Shown here: positions 47,222 through 59,339 of the stretch, piece after piece
Numbering within the stretch: position 1 is the first letter of the stretch
How the letters are laid out: the number at the start of each line of letters is the position of its first letter
Assembly (NCBI GenBank): GCA_951406725.2
Contig: OX597831.1
Location: forward strand, 13,020,001-13,084,000
DNA from: Octopus vulgaris
Lineage: Eukaryota
Direction: 5' to 3'
Length of the DNA stretch: 64,000 nucleotides
Program-made: the position numbers and the translations under genes
Notes under the pieces: generated by a model
Database searches by the model: none
What the model saw: the letters and a program-made list of their open reading frames with translations, nothing else
What the model was told of the DNA's origin: nothing

Positions 47222-47559
47222 CTAAATAAACATAAACGCACATAGAGATATAAGCATGCGCAAATGAAGACATACAATAGAAATACAAAATGGCTGACGG
47301 TTAGTAAGGAGAGACACAAATAAGAAAGAAGAAAACAAAGGACCACTGGTGCGGTCACAGGAGTGTGACGAAAGAACTCTGGCCGAAATATGATTAAGAT
47401 TAATGTAAAAAATAAATAACACTGAAGCAAAATAACACCAAATATATAGTGCGTGTGTTTTTATTGGCTAAACTGGCAAAATGACCATTCCGAAATATAA
47501 CAATATCTGTTTCAACACACGACTTCACATAAAAAATCTTGCACAACAAATATTTAAAC

Positions 47560-47604
<45 letters not shown>

Positions 47605-47608
<4 letters not shown>

Positions 47609-48012
47609 TCAATTTAGGTAGCAAAAAATTCAATAGAAATTTATCGCTACCAGCGGCCTAGTGGAAAAGAGAAAATAGTCAAAGACTAAATATATAAATA
47701 TAACAATTTAGGAGTACCTAACAGGCCATTCGTCCACCAGAAAGAGCAGCCATAACTCACACCGCCAAGTAGTAGTAATTCAGAAATTAGGTGAAAATTT
47801 AAAAACATTTACCCTAATTCATCTTTTAGACGATGCATCGTTTCTGTGTTATTAATGATTAAATTAGCTTAATTAAATTAAATTAAGCCAATCTACCATA
47901 GGTCACACTTCATCAGTAAAACCTGGGAGAGACAAATATACACGAGGCATCTGTATCGATGCCTCCGGAATATCTGTCTTAAAATTTTCCTGTTAAGGTC
48001 ACTCCTAAATTG

Positions 48013-48020
<8 letters not shown>
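47605..48020 (-). mobile_element. Non-coding hammerhead-bearing cassette between (TA)n runs with short inverted ends
   Basis: ATATAACAATTTAGGAGT-ACCT-AACAGG (~47698-47725) versus CCTGTTAAGGTCACTCCTAAATTGTTATAT (~47989-48018). Left terminus shared with 5465-5592 and 46189-46265. Confidence 0.7.
47824..47921 (-). ncRNA. Type I hammerhead ribozyme, intact core, ~60-nt stem II
   Basis: TTTTA-CTGATGA-A-GTGT..GATTGGCTTAATT/AATTAAGCTAATT..ACAC-A-GAAAC-GATGCATC-GTC-TAAAA. Confidence 0.85.
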
Positions 48021-48074
<54 letters not shown>

Positions 48075-48525
48075 GTCTATGTATGTATGTATATGTCTAT
48101 ATATGTATGTATGTAAATGTATACCTACGGCACATACACATGTGGATATGTTTATGAAGTGCCAGTGACAATATCAACAGACGTTATTCACCTGGAAGTT
48201 TGTCATCAGATCCTGAAATGTGTGGGTGTCTTTATTTAATTAACGATTCTATACAAACATTCGCGTGCACACACACACACTCACACACATACACATACAC
48301 ACACGCACACACACACATGGACACACGTTCGTACATACATACATTTGGTGGTGTAGGAGTTGTAATACATTTAGAAATGGACTTGTATATAATTTTAAAC
48401 ACACAATCATAGACATTTATACACCCACACAGAATGTTCAGCAATACAAAGACGCCAATCTCATTTATTCTTAAATGTAATTAAAAACTCACAGGAATAA
48501 ACACACACAAACAGAGATACACACG

Positions 48526-48615
<90 letters not shown>

Positions 48616-48699
48616 GGGAGATATGCCACTATACATACATACATACATACATACAAGCTTGCATAAAAGTACACATATTCGCATGGATACACGCATGCT

Positions 48700-48732
<33 letters not shown>

Positions 48733-48798
48733 GTCTGTCTGTCTGTCATTCTGTGTGTTTCTGTGTGTCTGTGTGTGTGTGTCTGTCTGTCTCTCTCC

Positions 48799-48854
<56 letters not shown>

Positions 48855-49368
48855 GTATATATATATATATGTATATGTATATGTATATATATATATACAC
48901 ATATATGTGCATATATATACGTATATATATGTATATATATATATGTATATATATATATATGTGTATATATATATGTATATATATATATGTATATATATGT
49001 ATATATATATATATGTATGTATGTGTGTGTGTGTATATACATATAAATACGTATGTGTTTCTATTTCTTTCTGCCCCGTCTGTCTCTGTCTCTTCACACA
49101 CACACACACACACACACATCAATAAAAATACATAAATGCATGTCTTCACGTATATGTAACTGTGCATATACAATAGCATACACACGTAAAAGGATCAATA
49201 CATACACACATGCACCACATGATGTGTATATATATAGCTGTAATTACTAGCGTGCCACATGTTTATGCAACCAACTGCCGCAGCACAAATCTTGAGAAAT
49301 CGGGTTTCACAACATTACAAAGGAGACAACTAATTAGAAAATTCAATTACACTCTATCAACACAAGCG

Positions 49369-49435
<67 letters not shown>

Positions 49436-49554
49436 CATATACATATACATATATATATATATGTATATATGTATATGTATATATATATATGTATATATGT
49501 ATACACATATATGTATATATGTGTACATATATATATATACATATACATATATAT

Positions 49555-49593
<39 letters not shown>

Positions 49594-49684
49594 TACATAC
49601 ATATATACTCATATATATGTACACATATATACATACATTTATATATATATATGCATATATATATATGTATATATATATATGCAT

Positions 49685-49731
<47 letters not shown>

Positions 49732-49777
49732 CATACATTTATATATGTAGGTATATATATATATATATATAGGTATT

Positions 49778-49808
<31 letters not shown>

Positions 49809-50072
49809 ATATATGCATTATATATATATATATATATGTATGTGTGTGAATATATATGCATTATATGTATATATGTATGTATATCATTGGAGATGTTTTG
49901 CTAGTAGCATGCATAAATTGAAACGTAGAGGAATAGAAACCAGCATTTTCGGATATAAAATATATTGAGATTTAAACGCGAATTCCTGTGCACTTACATA
50001 CATGCATAGCTGTGTAGGTTGCTGCACATGCACATTTACATAGACATGTACATACATACATATATACATACA

Positions 50073-50430
50073 TAGCCCTGGGTTATGTAACACCCAATAC
50101 TAATCGTGAGAAATTAGGTTTGTCAAAACCAGAAAGGAGAAGGCTGATTCGAAGGCTACATATCCAATCCATCACTGGAACTTTAAAAAACCCTGTAAAA
50201 CTTTCCAGAAGTTTATCATTTAAATGTATATGAGCAAGTTTAGATATGCAAGTGTATGCAATGAGAATACATACATAAAACAAGACATACAAATCGTAAC
50301 ATATACATACATACATACACGATAATCCATCTGATGGGTAAATTCCATTGAAAACCTGCTCCTGAGAGATAGAGGCTGGGTTCTGATATATATTCTGGAT
50401 AGAATTTTGAACAAGTAACCTTCACACTTA
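50073..50430 (+). mobile_element. 3' end of an RLE-type (R2/R4-group) LINE starting directly after (CATA)n
   Basis: ALGYVT..EKLGLSKPERRRLIRRLHIQSITGT..CKTFQKFII*. Homologous to 60501-60990 and ~49250-49365. Confidence 0.7.
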
Positions 50431-50433
50431 CAC

Positions 50434-50474
<41 letters not shown>

Positions 50475-50523
50475 TCGTTGGTGATTTTCTTCCTCCGTCT
50501 TCCTTTCTATTGGACTTTCCTCT

Positions 50524-50558
50524 GTTTCTGAAGAAGAGCGTTGCTCGAAACGTTAAAC
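50524..50558 (+). ncRNA. Minimal hammerhead ribozyme in a ~180-bp cassette (50472-50653) inserted in (TA)n
   Basis: GTTT-CTGAAGA-A-GAGC-GTT-GCTC-GAAAC-GTT-AAAC. Stem III is reduced to palindromic ACGT, so it is only formable as a dimer. Confidence 0.75.
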
Positions 50559-51833
50559 CATCGTCCTTTCTTTGCGTCTGCTAATACTTTACATGTACCA
50601 CGTCCTCGCGTTGTTTTGCTTGTGTTTTCTCATCTTCTTTTTGGGGATTTACTATATATATATATATATATATAGGTGCAGGCATAGCTGTGTGGCAAAA
50701 AGTTTGCTTTCCGACCGTATGACTCTGGGTTCTGTCTCATAATGTGTCACCTTGGGCAAATGTCTTCTACCTTAGATCGATCAAGGTGTTGAGAGTGGAT
50801 TTGGAAGAAATTGAAAGAATATTGCCGTGTATAAAAACATATATATATATACACACATACAAAAAAAAAACATATATATATGTATAAACACACTCACGTA
50901 TACACTCACATATTGATATGCCTATAAACATACTGGCGGGAGAGCAAACGAGTGTGTTGTGACTGAGTATATCGCACACTGTTATTACAGTTTTCTTTTT
51001 ATTTTATAAAAGCTCTCCTTAAGTTGGCGATGAAAAACAAGGGTCGAATATTCCGATCTCACCACAAGATACAACCCTGGCCTTTACACCTGTGAGAGCC
51101 CTCCGATTTTGTCTTGGTGCAGTTTTGCAATGGTTGTCAAATTTGCCTTAAATCGTCGCTTATCGTATGACAGAACAAAACACAAAATGAACACATTGGC
51201 TGAGGTACGCTATACTATAATAGCTGCCATATTTACTCCGAATTATAACTTAGCATCCTAAAAACAAAAGAAGTCAATGGATAATGTAGTCCTAAATAAA
51301 TTATGTCTGAAAATAAATATGCTCTGAATTTTGTAGATTAAGGTCAGCCTTGATCGGTAAAGTTTCTGGCCAATTAGGGCGCCGATCTTGGTTAAGCAAG
51401 AAACAATAGTAACAATAACAACGACACTTCCATCTGAAATAGAAACCATCGAAGCTGCCATAAAGAATTCCAATTTATTTACATAATCTTTCCGTTGAAT
51501 TCACATCTATTCCAGTGCTTTCAAAATGTCCGTAAAAGTTTCAGCAATACACACGGACAGACCACACTGCCACACACACACACACATATATCGGAATAAT
51601 CACATAAACAAATGTCGATATTTTGAATCTATTTAATATGTACGTTTCGAATACTTAAGTAAGTTATACTTTACGTAATATTATCCTCGACACTTGACAG
51701 TTCAATATATGAAGGCATGCATAAATGTGTTCTATATATGATAGCTATTTATTGCGTTATAGAAAACCCTCCAAAATACAAAGAAAGATACGGAAAAGTA
51801 CATGGAGAGAAAAAAGGAAGGTATCTATCTATC

Positions 51834-51876
<43 letters not shown>

Positions 51877-51887
51877 GTATCTCTATC

Positions 51888-51964
<77 letters not shown>

Positions 51965-52035
51965 TATATATGCACATACATATACATGGATGGATGAATC
52001 TGTCTTAGTTTTGAAGAAAACCATTCTGCTATTCT

Positions 52036-52163
52036 GGAGGCGCATAGCTTCATAGTTAGGGTGTTGGACTCATGATCTTAAGACTGTGGTTTCGATTCCT
52101 GGACAGGGTGATGCGTTGTGTTCTTGAGCAAAACACCTCATTTTATGTTGCTCCTGTCCACTC
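52036..52163 (+). mobile_element. SINE family C, 5' half
   Basis: GGAGGCGCATAGCTTCATAGTTAGGGTGTTGGACTCATGATC..GGTTTCGATTCCTGGAC. Confidence 0.85.
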
Positions 52164-52909
52164 ATAATACAGAAATATAATACATAAATACACCACACCA
52201 CACCACACCATACATACACTTATACAAGCATACATGCGTATGTGAATATATACAAACACATACGCATACGTATATACACACAACTGCTTATATGTATGTT
52301 TATATACATGTATATGCAAACATACATATATATATGTATACACAAAGACACATATGTATATATACATATATATTTATATTTATATACATCAGTCATGCAC
52401 AAACATGTCAACCTATACAGACACGCACGCGCATACATGTACACACTCACATTTTCATAGATGCCTGCCTATATATCCGACGGCCACGCAGAGCAGCCAG
52501 ATAATTACGGAGACGATGTGAAGCCATACGAAAACCAGTTCAGAGCAAAACAGCTTTCACAGGAAGTATATCTCATGGAGCCGCTCACACCTTCACCGTC
52601 ACCTCCACCTTTACCCCCACCCCACCCCATCCTATTTAGTTCTCACAGACAGCAATGGTTATTCCGAAGCCTGTTATTTAGTCGCTGTTCAAAGAACACC
52701 AAAAGAATTTCAAAATTCGCCATATAAGAACGATTAAAATGCAGACACACAGTCGATGTCACCGCCACTATCATCACCAGCATATCGCCGCCATCACCAC
52801 CATAGAGCCACCACTTCTCTCTCTACCATCTTCATCACCACCGCCATCACTCGAAATTAATTTACCTCCAGACACGAAACGTTTCGATACAAATGATTGT
52901 GGAAAACAT

Positions 52910-52964
<55 letters not shown>

Positions 52965-53092
52965 TACATACATACATACATACATACATACATACATACA
53001 TACATGTGACACCATATGCCCCTTCCTGATCACACACATATACAGATGTAGATATATATTTTTGTATTACAAACTAAAAAGTACACACACAC

Positions 53093-53144
<52 letters not shown>

Positions 53145-53573
53145 TACTAATATAGGATGAAGTTCTTTTACAGAAAAAATTTCATCAAAAAAGTGGCAGC
53201 ATATTAAAATACATTTAAAGGTTAAAATTATAAACAACTTATAAACAAGGGCAAAAGAAAATTATTTCTATGCCAATATGCTGATAACAGACTTTTAAAT
53301 CGTTAGTTTCCACATAGTATTATACCCACTACAGAAATGCGTTGTGCTGAAATCGAGGAAAGCTAGCCAACAGGATCTTTTTAAAAAGTTCGTTATTTCT
53401 ATATTGAATCAATTTCGGAATTAATCTCATAATAGATCTTTTTCCTCTTCAGTAGAAAATACGAATAGAAATAAATGAAATAATTACATGCGCCCATGGA
53501 AAAAAAAAGCTGAAGCAAAAGTCATGAGTACATATAAGTACCCCAGATATATACACAACTTACAAACCCTTGT

Positions 53574-53614
<41 letters not shown>

Positions 53615-53616
53615 CA

Positions 53617-54574
53617 TCTTACTATAATGAGCGTTATGGCCTCCAGTCTGTGTCTTCTTCATAGTCAAACGGCTGGACTAATGGTCACGATGGTTTTTCG
53701 GAATTACGAAGGATGTAATCAGGAAGATTTTAGAGAAAAAATGTGAAAAAGTATGGTTATTTACTGGATATTGAGTTTTCTATTAATAAATCACCTTTGA
53801 TTTTATTTTGTTAAATTCTGGCGACGAGAATTAACTATGGATTCCTTACCACCCTATATTTCGTGAATTTAGAGGGTTTAGATTTGCTATAATATACCTT
53901 TATTTCCCATCATAGACGGGAAGATTCCTAAGGATTCCGCTCATGCATTCACAGCAAACAAAGCAGCACAAGGCCAGGCTTTAGATCGTGTAGGTGTATT
54001 TTTACCCACTCCGATGTTTGCACAAGGCCAGATATACGTGGCCATGAGTAGAGCAACGGACTCCAGTAATTTGAAAATTAGTGTCGACCAAACAGAAAAT
54101 ATTGTCTACAAAGAAGTTTTGTAATCATATTGATATTATCGAAAGGAATATGATTCATAATTTAAATAAGGAATTTTCAGAACTTTGAATGTATAAGAGT
54201 ATAAACAAGCGTAAAATAGTGTAAACAACTAAAATAAAAATATATCTAAACAGCATTTTTTGTCATAATACTTTTTTTATGTTGTGGTCGAAGGAAGCCC
54301 TGGCTTTCATCAGCAGTGGTCCACATAACCATTCATGATAGAGAGGCTGGGAGCCTATTTCAGGTGCGGGAGTGAATCGTCATCACGTGTCACTCAGTTG
54401 CAAACACATGTCATATAGCTGCAGTAGAATGCTGTATCACCAACAATAATGTGATTACTCTAAGACATCAGCCAGTAATCTATTAAGTCCATTTACACAT
54501 TCCTCAATACATACTACTGTTATGACTTCCTTCTCTCACTTTATGCCTCCATCGTAGACGGGTAGATTTGCTAG
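53617..54574 (+). mobile_element. Composite non-autonomous Helitron with RepHel C-terminal remnant
   Basis: A|TCTTACTATAAT start; 3' CCATCGTAGACGGG hairpin and CTAG|T at 54571-54575; an internal degenerate copy of the same terminus at ~53906-53932. Confidence 0.85.
53939..54124 (+). pseudogene. Helitron PIF1-like helicase C-terminus (motifs V and VI)
   Basis: AHAFTANKAAQGQALDRVGVFLPTPMFAQGQIYVAMSRATDSSNLKISVDQTENIVYKEVL*. Confidence 0.9.
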
Positions 54575-54869
54575 TTAGAATAATTTAAAATTGCAGTTAT
54601 ACGTGTATTTTCTTTAAATCCGAAACAACGGATCTTTTGTAGAGAGAGTGTGAAGAGAATTTTCGATCTTTCGTTCTTTGTACACATAATATAGCAGATG
54701 AAGTACAACTTTCATCGGTGGAAAATAAACTACTAATCGTAAACAATCCATAATAAAGACATAATGGCACCAATCGCAGATGATTGATTTTAATTTTGTT
54801 TTTGTTATTTTCTTTTTTTATAAATGAAAATGTGGAAGTTTTCAGGTCAAAAGACGAAAACTGGTACTC

Positions 54870-55145
54870 CGTCAGCTACTGTGTCACGGGTTCCAGTTGA
54901 TCCGACCAACGGAAGCCTGCTCTAAGGTGCAAGTGGTTGATTACTCCACAAAAACGTGTACCCTTAACATAGTTCTCGGGAAGATTCGGCGTGATACAGA
55001 ATGTGACAAGGCTGGCCCTTTGAAATGCAGGTAAAACTCGTTTTTGCCAGCTAAATGGAGTGGAGCAACGTGAAATAAAGTGTCTTGCTCAAGGACACAA
55101 TAGGCCGCTGGGAATTGAACTCATGAACTTGCGATCGTGAGCCGA
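54870..55145 (-). mobile_element. SINE family C variant
   Basis: Tail as 14019-14331 joined to a body as 6705-6906 (GCCAGCT..TGGA.TGGAGCAACGTGAAATAAAGTGTCTTGCTCAAGGACACAA). Confidence 0.85.
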
Positions 55146-55234
55146 AATGATAAGAAGGTAAGAAATTACGAAATCAGCTTTAGTAAACAACATGAGTAAT
55201 CAGATAGCCGTATATAACTATCCTACCACACATA

Positions 55235-55446
55235 CGAGGAGATACTGAAAACTCTCTGTCTTTAAGAATATCTCGAAAGGATTGATTGGATGCACAACCT
55301 CCCGAGTTCTTTTAGAGGGTTTAGAAAAGCTGAAGGACCCTTGTAATAACTGTGTGAATCTGAGAAGGGAATATGTTCAATAAAATCATAACTGATCCTC
55401 CTGCATTTTTTAAAACCCAAAGCCAACGATTTTTCAGTACCCCTTG
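55235..55446. mobile_element. ~210-bp mariner-type MITE, diverged
   Basis: TA|CGAGGAGATACTGAAAA / TTTTCAGTACCCCTTG. Confidence 0.65.
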
Positions 55447-55454
55447 TCACACCC

Positions 55455-55503
<49 letters not shown>

Positions 55504-55969
55504 TAGAGGGAGAGGGAGAGAGGGGAGACAGACTCGTTCATTCAATGACAACGCGTTCAGTTAATTTTGAATCGGTTTCGTGCATTTTGTTTCGTCCGAT
55601 CGCATAAAAAGTTCTAAATTTCGCCAAGGAAGTATCCAAAGCTTTTCATGTTAATTTGTATTGAAAACAACGCTCGAGATTATATGCAAAGGCGTGTTAA
55701 CAGCTACTGGGCACAATATGAGACTATAAAATAACGCGAAGGAAATGACCGCAATCCAGGGAAAATGAAATACGTCAGCGTAAGCTTAGGTATATAACTC
55801 AGATGATAATGTCATCGACCTGCGCCGCAGAATCAAACAATTTAACGTTGTAAATTGGGACAACAATTTCGCTTAATGCAAATAATATTTCAGAAAAAGA
55901 AATTCCCTTAATACGAATGTTATTACATTGGAGAATTTGAAGAATAACATAATAAATTCAATAGGAGTA

Positions 55970-57170
55970 TCTTAACAATCAATTTCCCCAAATACAAGAT
56001 CCGTCATCAAACATTGCAAAGATCGTTGAAGAAACAATGTGAAACCACATTGCTCTAAAAAGAAAGTTCTTGCCATGACTGCAATATTAAAAAACACAGC
56101 ATCTTCAATGGTGATATGATCATTGCGAAGCTCTTTCAGTGTCAAGTCACCAGACAAAATTACTCCAAAACAAGCTCTAAAATTTCTGTAACAAAATGTA
56201 ATAAAGTGTTCCCTTTTTGATACATAACAGTTAGGCACTCAAATACACTTGGAACATCGACTGCTGAGCTCCAAACAACTGCAATGGTGAAACGTACGTA
56301 GCAACTATTAATTTATACTTGTGTTTATCTCAGTTTACCACAACATATGCTCTGTGTATCAGAACTAAATGCAATGCTAAGCACATTGGTAGACTGACCA
56401 CTATACTGGAAGCTGACAGAATAATAATCTAGGTGGCGCTCTAATTCATACAATCGTAGTCGTATATCTAACTGCACACACACAAGATATACACTTTTAT
56501 AAAACGAAATTGCCTTCACTTGCCGATCCATGGGCTACATTTGAAGAGTGATACTGGGAGGTAGGAACTGAACCCTGAACAGTGACACCATCAAACTCCT
56601 GCGATATTTGATGTATGAATGTTAGAGGTGTATAACGAAGCGTTGTCCATAACAGGAAGATGTTTTATTAGAAGCCCATCCAGACAGAAGTAGGAACGTT
56701 CAGTGGGAACAAACATATTTGCGAAACACTCAGCAAATAAACTCCGGGTAAATCAAATCAATGAACACAAAACTTGTTCCTGTCGATGTTTTTGTAGGCC
56801 CTGGAGTTTTCTGAATGATGCACAAGGAGTGGCTTTGTCCTTAAATTTCAGGTTTTGTCTCTGAAATGTTAGGTTTGCCTCACCTTCATCAGCTTATGTC
56901 CAAAACAATTGGACTCCTAGAGGGTTTTTTTCTCTCAAAAATACAAGTCAGTCTCTCATCACAATGAAACCCCTGCTGGAAATATAAACAACATGTCTTC
57001 ACAAGTTCTTAAGCTTCGTACAATTTTTTTCTAAAGTGATTTTTTTCTGAATTAGTAGCTTTACTACACTCAAGAATATTCGAGCGATTTTTAAAGTATT
57101 CAAAGCAATCATAACTGGTTATAAATCTCACAGCCTTTTGGCTCCCTATGATCGTTGCTAATAAAAACTT
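55970..57170 (-). pseudogene. Highly decayed pogo/Tigger DDE transposase
   Basis: Minus-strand fragments in the correct order: FHCDE (FN.DET), LFAECF..MFVP, LPVMDNA (LL.MDNA), VQFLPPSIT..PMDRQV (FLPPNTT..QPMDQGV). Confidence 0.75.
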
Positions 57171-57239
57171 ACCTTTGAAGCTGCTCATAAAGAGGCTTTG
57201 CTTCTGTTCACAAATAAATATCGTTTTTTATTAATGCTT

Positions 57240-57440
57240 TTATCTTTTACTTGTTTCAGTCAATTGACTGCGGCCGCGCTGTAGCAACGCCGTGACAAAT
57301 TATTTGTCGACTGAATCGACTCCAAAACATACTTTTGTCTTAAACTTGATACTTAGTTTATTGGTCTGCTCGGCCGAACCGCTAAGTTACGGGGATGAAA
57401 ACACATCAACACCACTTGTCAAGCAGTGGGGCAAAGAGGA

Positions 57441-57475
<35 letters not shown>

Positions 57476-57632
57476 ACACAGAGTTTAGGCCTACCAAATC
57501 CCCTCACGAGGCTTTTGTTGGCCCTAGGTTATAGTGGAAGAGACTCGTCTACGGTGGTTCCACGCTGTGAGTCTGAACCCTGAACCACATGGTCGGGAAG
57601 CAAGCTTCGTACCACATAAACCTGCCTACGCC
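57240..57632 (-). mobile_element. SINE family B, diverged
   Basis: TTTTACTTGTTTCAGTCAATTGACTGCGGCC..GCCGAACCGCTAAGTTACGGGGA..GAACCACATGGTCGGGAAGCAAGCT. Confidence 0.8.
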
Positions 57633-58184
57633 TACTCCCCTGCCTACCTCCTCTGCCCTGTTTTTCGACCTAAAATTTCCAGTCACTGGTTTTTCTTTCT
57701 TTCATTCTAGCAACAGATTTTCCCATTTACATCCTTGAGTGAAATATGAATATTACAAAGCTAACTATGCCTTCGGCTTTTCATACACTTTTAAACTGGC
57801 CTATTTTGATTCAAATATATTCAGACTGTACATTTATCAATCGATCGATACTCCACACTCAGTTCACTTAATTTGGTGCCACACTCTCTCTTAGAAATAT
57901 TCTCTGTTTATATATTTCTGAAGAAAAGCTCTTTTGTATAAACTGTGTTTTCAGCACACCTGCACAGGTGGAAGGATTTGGAGTTAAATGTTTGAAGTTG
58001 AATATTAAATAAAAATAACTGAAAATATAATTGTTTATTTTTAATTAATTTGCCACTAAGATGAACTGAAAATCATCTCTCTCAAGGCATCTTTGTCTTG
58101 TAAAAGAAGAAAAAAGCATACACACACGCACACATACAAATACACAAACACACACACACATATATTTTGGTATGCGTATACATA

Positions 58185-58227
<43 letters not shown>

Positions 58228-58413
58228 CTTTATAAAAATAGGGTAAAGAAAAATAATTTACTTTACTACACACCGAACTTTTTAGAAATAGCAGCCAAAA
58301 ATTTGTCTATTTCTTCTACTGCAAGAAAAAGTCTCCCAGACAATGCATACTCAGAAATAACTCACATAGGTATAAGGGAAAAACAACGAAAGATCACATC
58401 CATATGAGATCGC

Positions 58414-58475
58414 CCGAGGACAAGCCTGTTTCTGGATTAGTTGACTAAACGCCAACATTTCCTTCATCAGCTCAG
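58414..58475 (-). ncRNA. Type I hammerhead ribozyme, intact core
   Basis: CTGAG-CTGATGA-A-GGA-AAT-GTTGGC-GTTTA-GTCAAC-TAA-TCC-A-GAAAC-AGGCTT-GTC-CTCGG; all three stems formable, GUC triplet. Confidence 0.85.
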
Positions 58476-58849
58476 AGATTTCTTCTGATTTGGATTTGAA
58501 AGTACTAAAAATCAAACATACCCGTCCGATATGGGTAACACCGGACAAATCATGCCAGACCACCAGTACCAGCGAATCCAAAAATACAAATGAGATCTAG
58601 TATTCTCCCTGTCCACCCACGTGAGTCACAGAGTAGTGCATTCCTACAGAGGCAAAACTGTAGTTAAAGTAATATTTCAAATATATCGTAAATGGTCGTT
58701 TTACATACCGAACACTGCTCGGTCGAATTAATTAATAATTAATTAATTTTACCCTTTTTTATTGTATATATATATATATATATATAGGTATGCATAAACA
58801 TAGATGTACTTACGTATGCATATATATATATATATATATACTCACGTAT

Positions 58850-59065
58850 GAAGGTGCATGGATCAGTGATTAGAACGCCGAACTCACAATCATGTGGTAG
58901 TGAATTCGATTCCTGGACCCCGGGATGTGTATTGTGTTCTTGAGCAAGACATTTTATTTCATGTTTCTCCAGTTCACTCAGCTGTTGAAATGAGAAGTGA
59001 CGTCAGTGGTTTCACACTGGATCGGCCTTTGCCTTTCCTTTGGACAACATCGGTGTCATGACTTC
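58850..59065 (+). mobile_element. SINE family C, diverged
   Basis: GAAGGTGCATGGATCAGTGATTAG..TTCGATTCCTGGACC..TGTGTTCTTGAGCAAGACA..CACTCAGCTG. Confidence 0.75.
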
Positions 59066-59118
59066 TGGTGTTCCATAAATAACCATTCATGGCCGTAAGA
59101 GGGTCTTTATCCTTTACG

Positions 59119-59157
<39 letters not shown>

Positions 59158-59298
59158 ACACAGAGAAATGTATATAATCCCCAAATGTAATATCTATTTC
59201 GACACATGATTTCACATCAAGAATCTTGCAAAAATATATACATAAACGTATGTATGTGTGTATATATACATATCTATCTATCTATGTATCTATCTATG

Positions 59299-59339
<41 letters not shown>

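Larger units (their letters stand above)
46319..47499 (-). mobile_element. 5'-truncated Penelope-like element with inverted pLTR duplication
   Basis: 278-bp arms 46319-46596 and 47222-47499 are reverse complements (three differences seen). They enclose a GIY-YIG fragment and 3'UTR, and each arm has a hammerhead motif. Confidence 0.92.

Noticed and set aside
54290-54316. CTGATGA-AAGC-CAGG-GCTT on the minus strand
   Set aside because: A stem II-like hairpin is present but no GAAA box follows.
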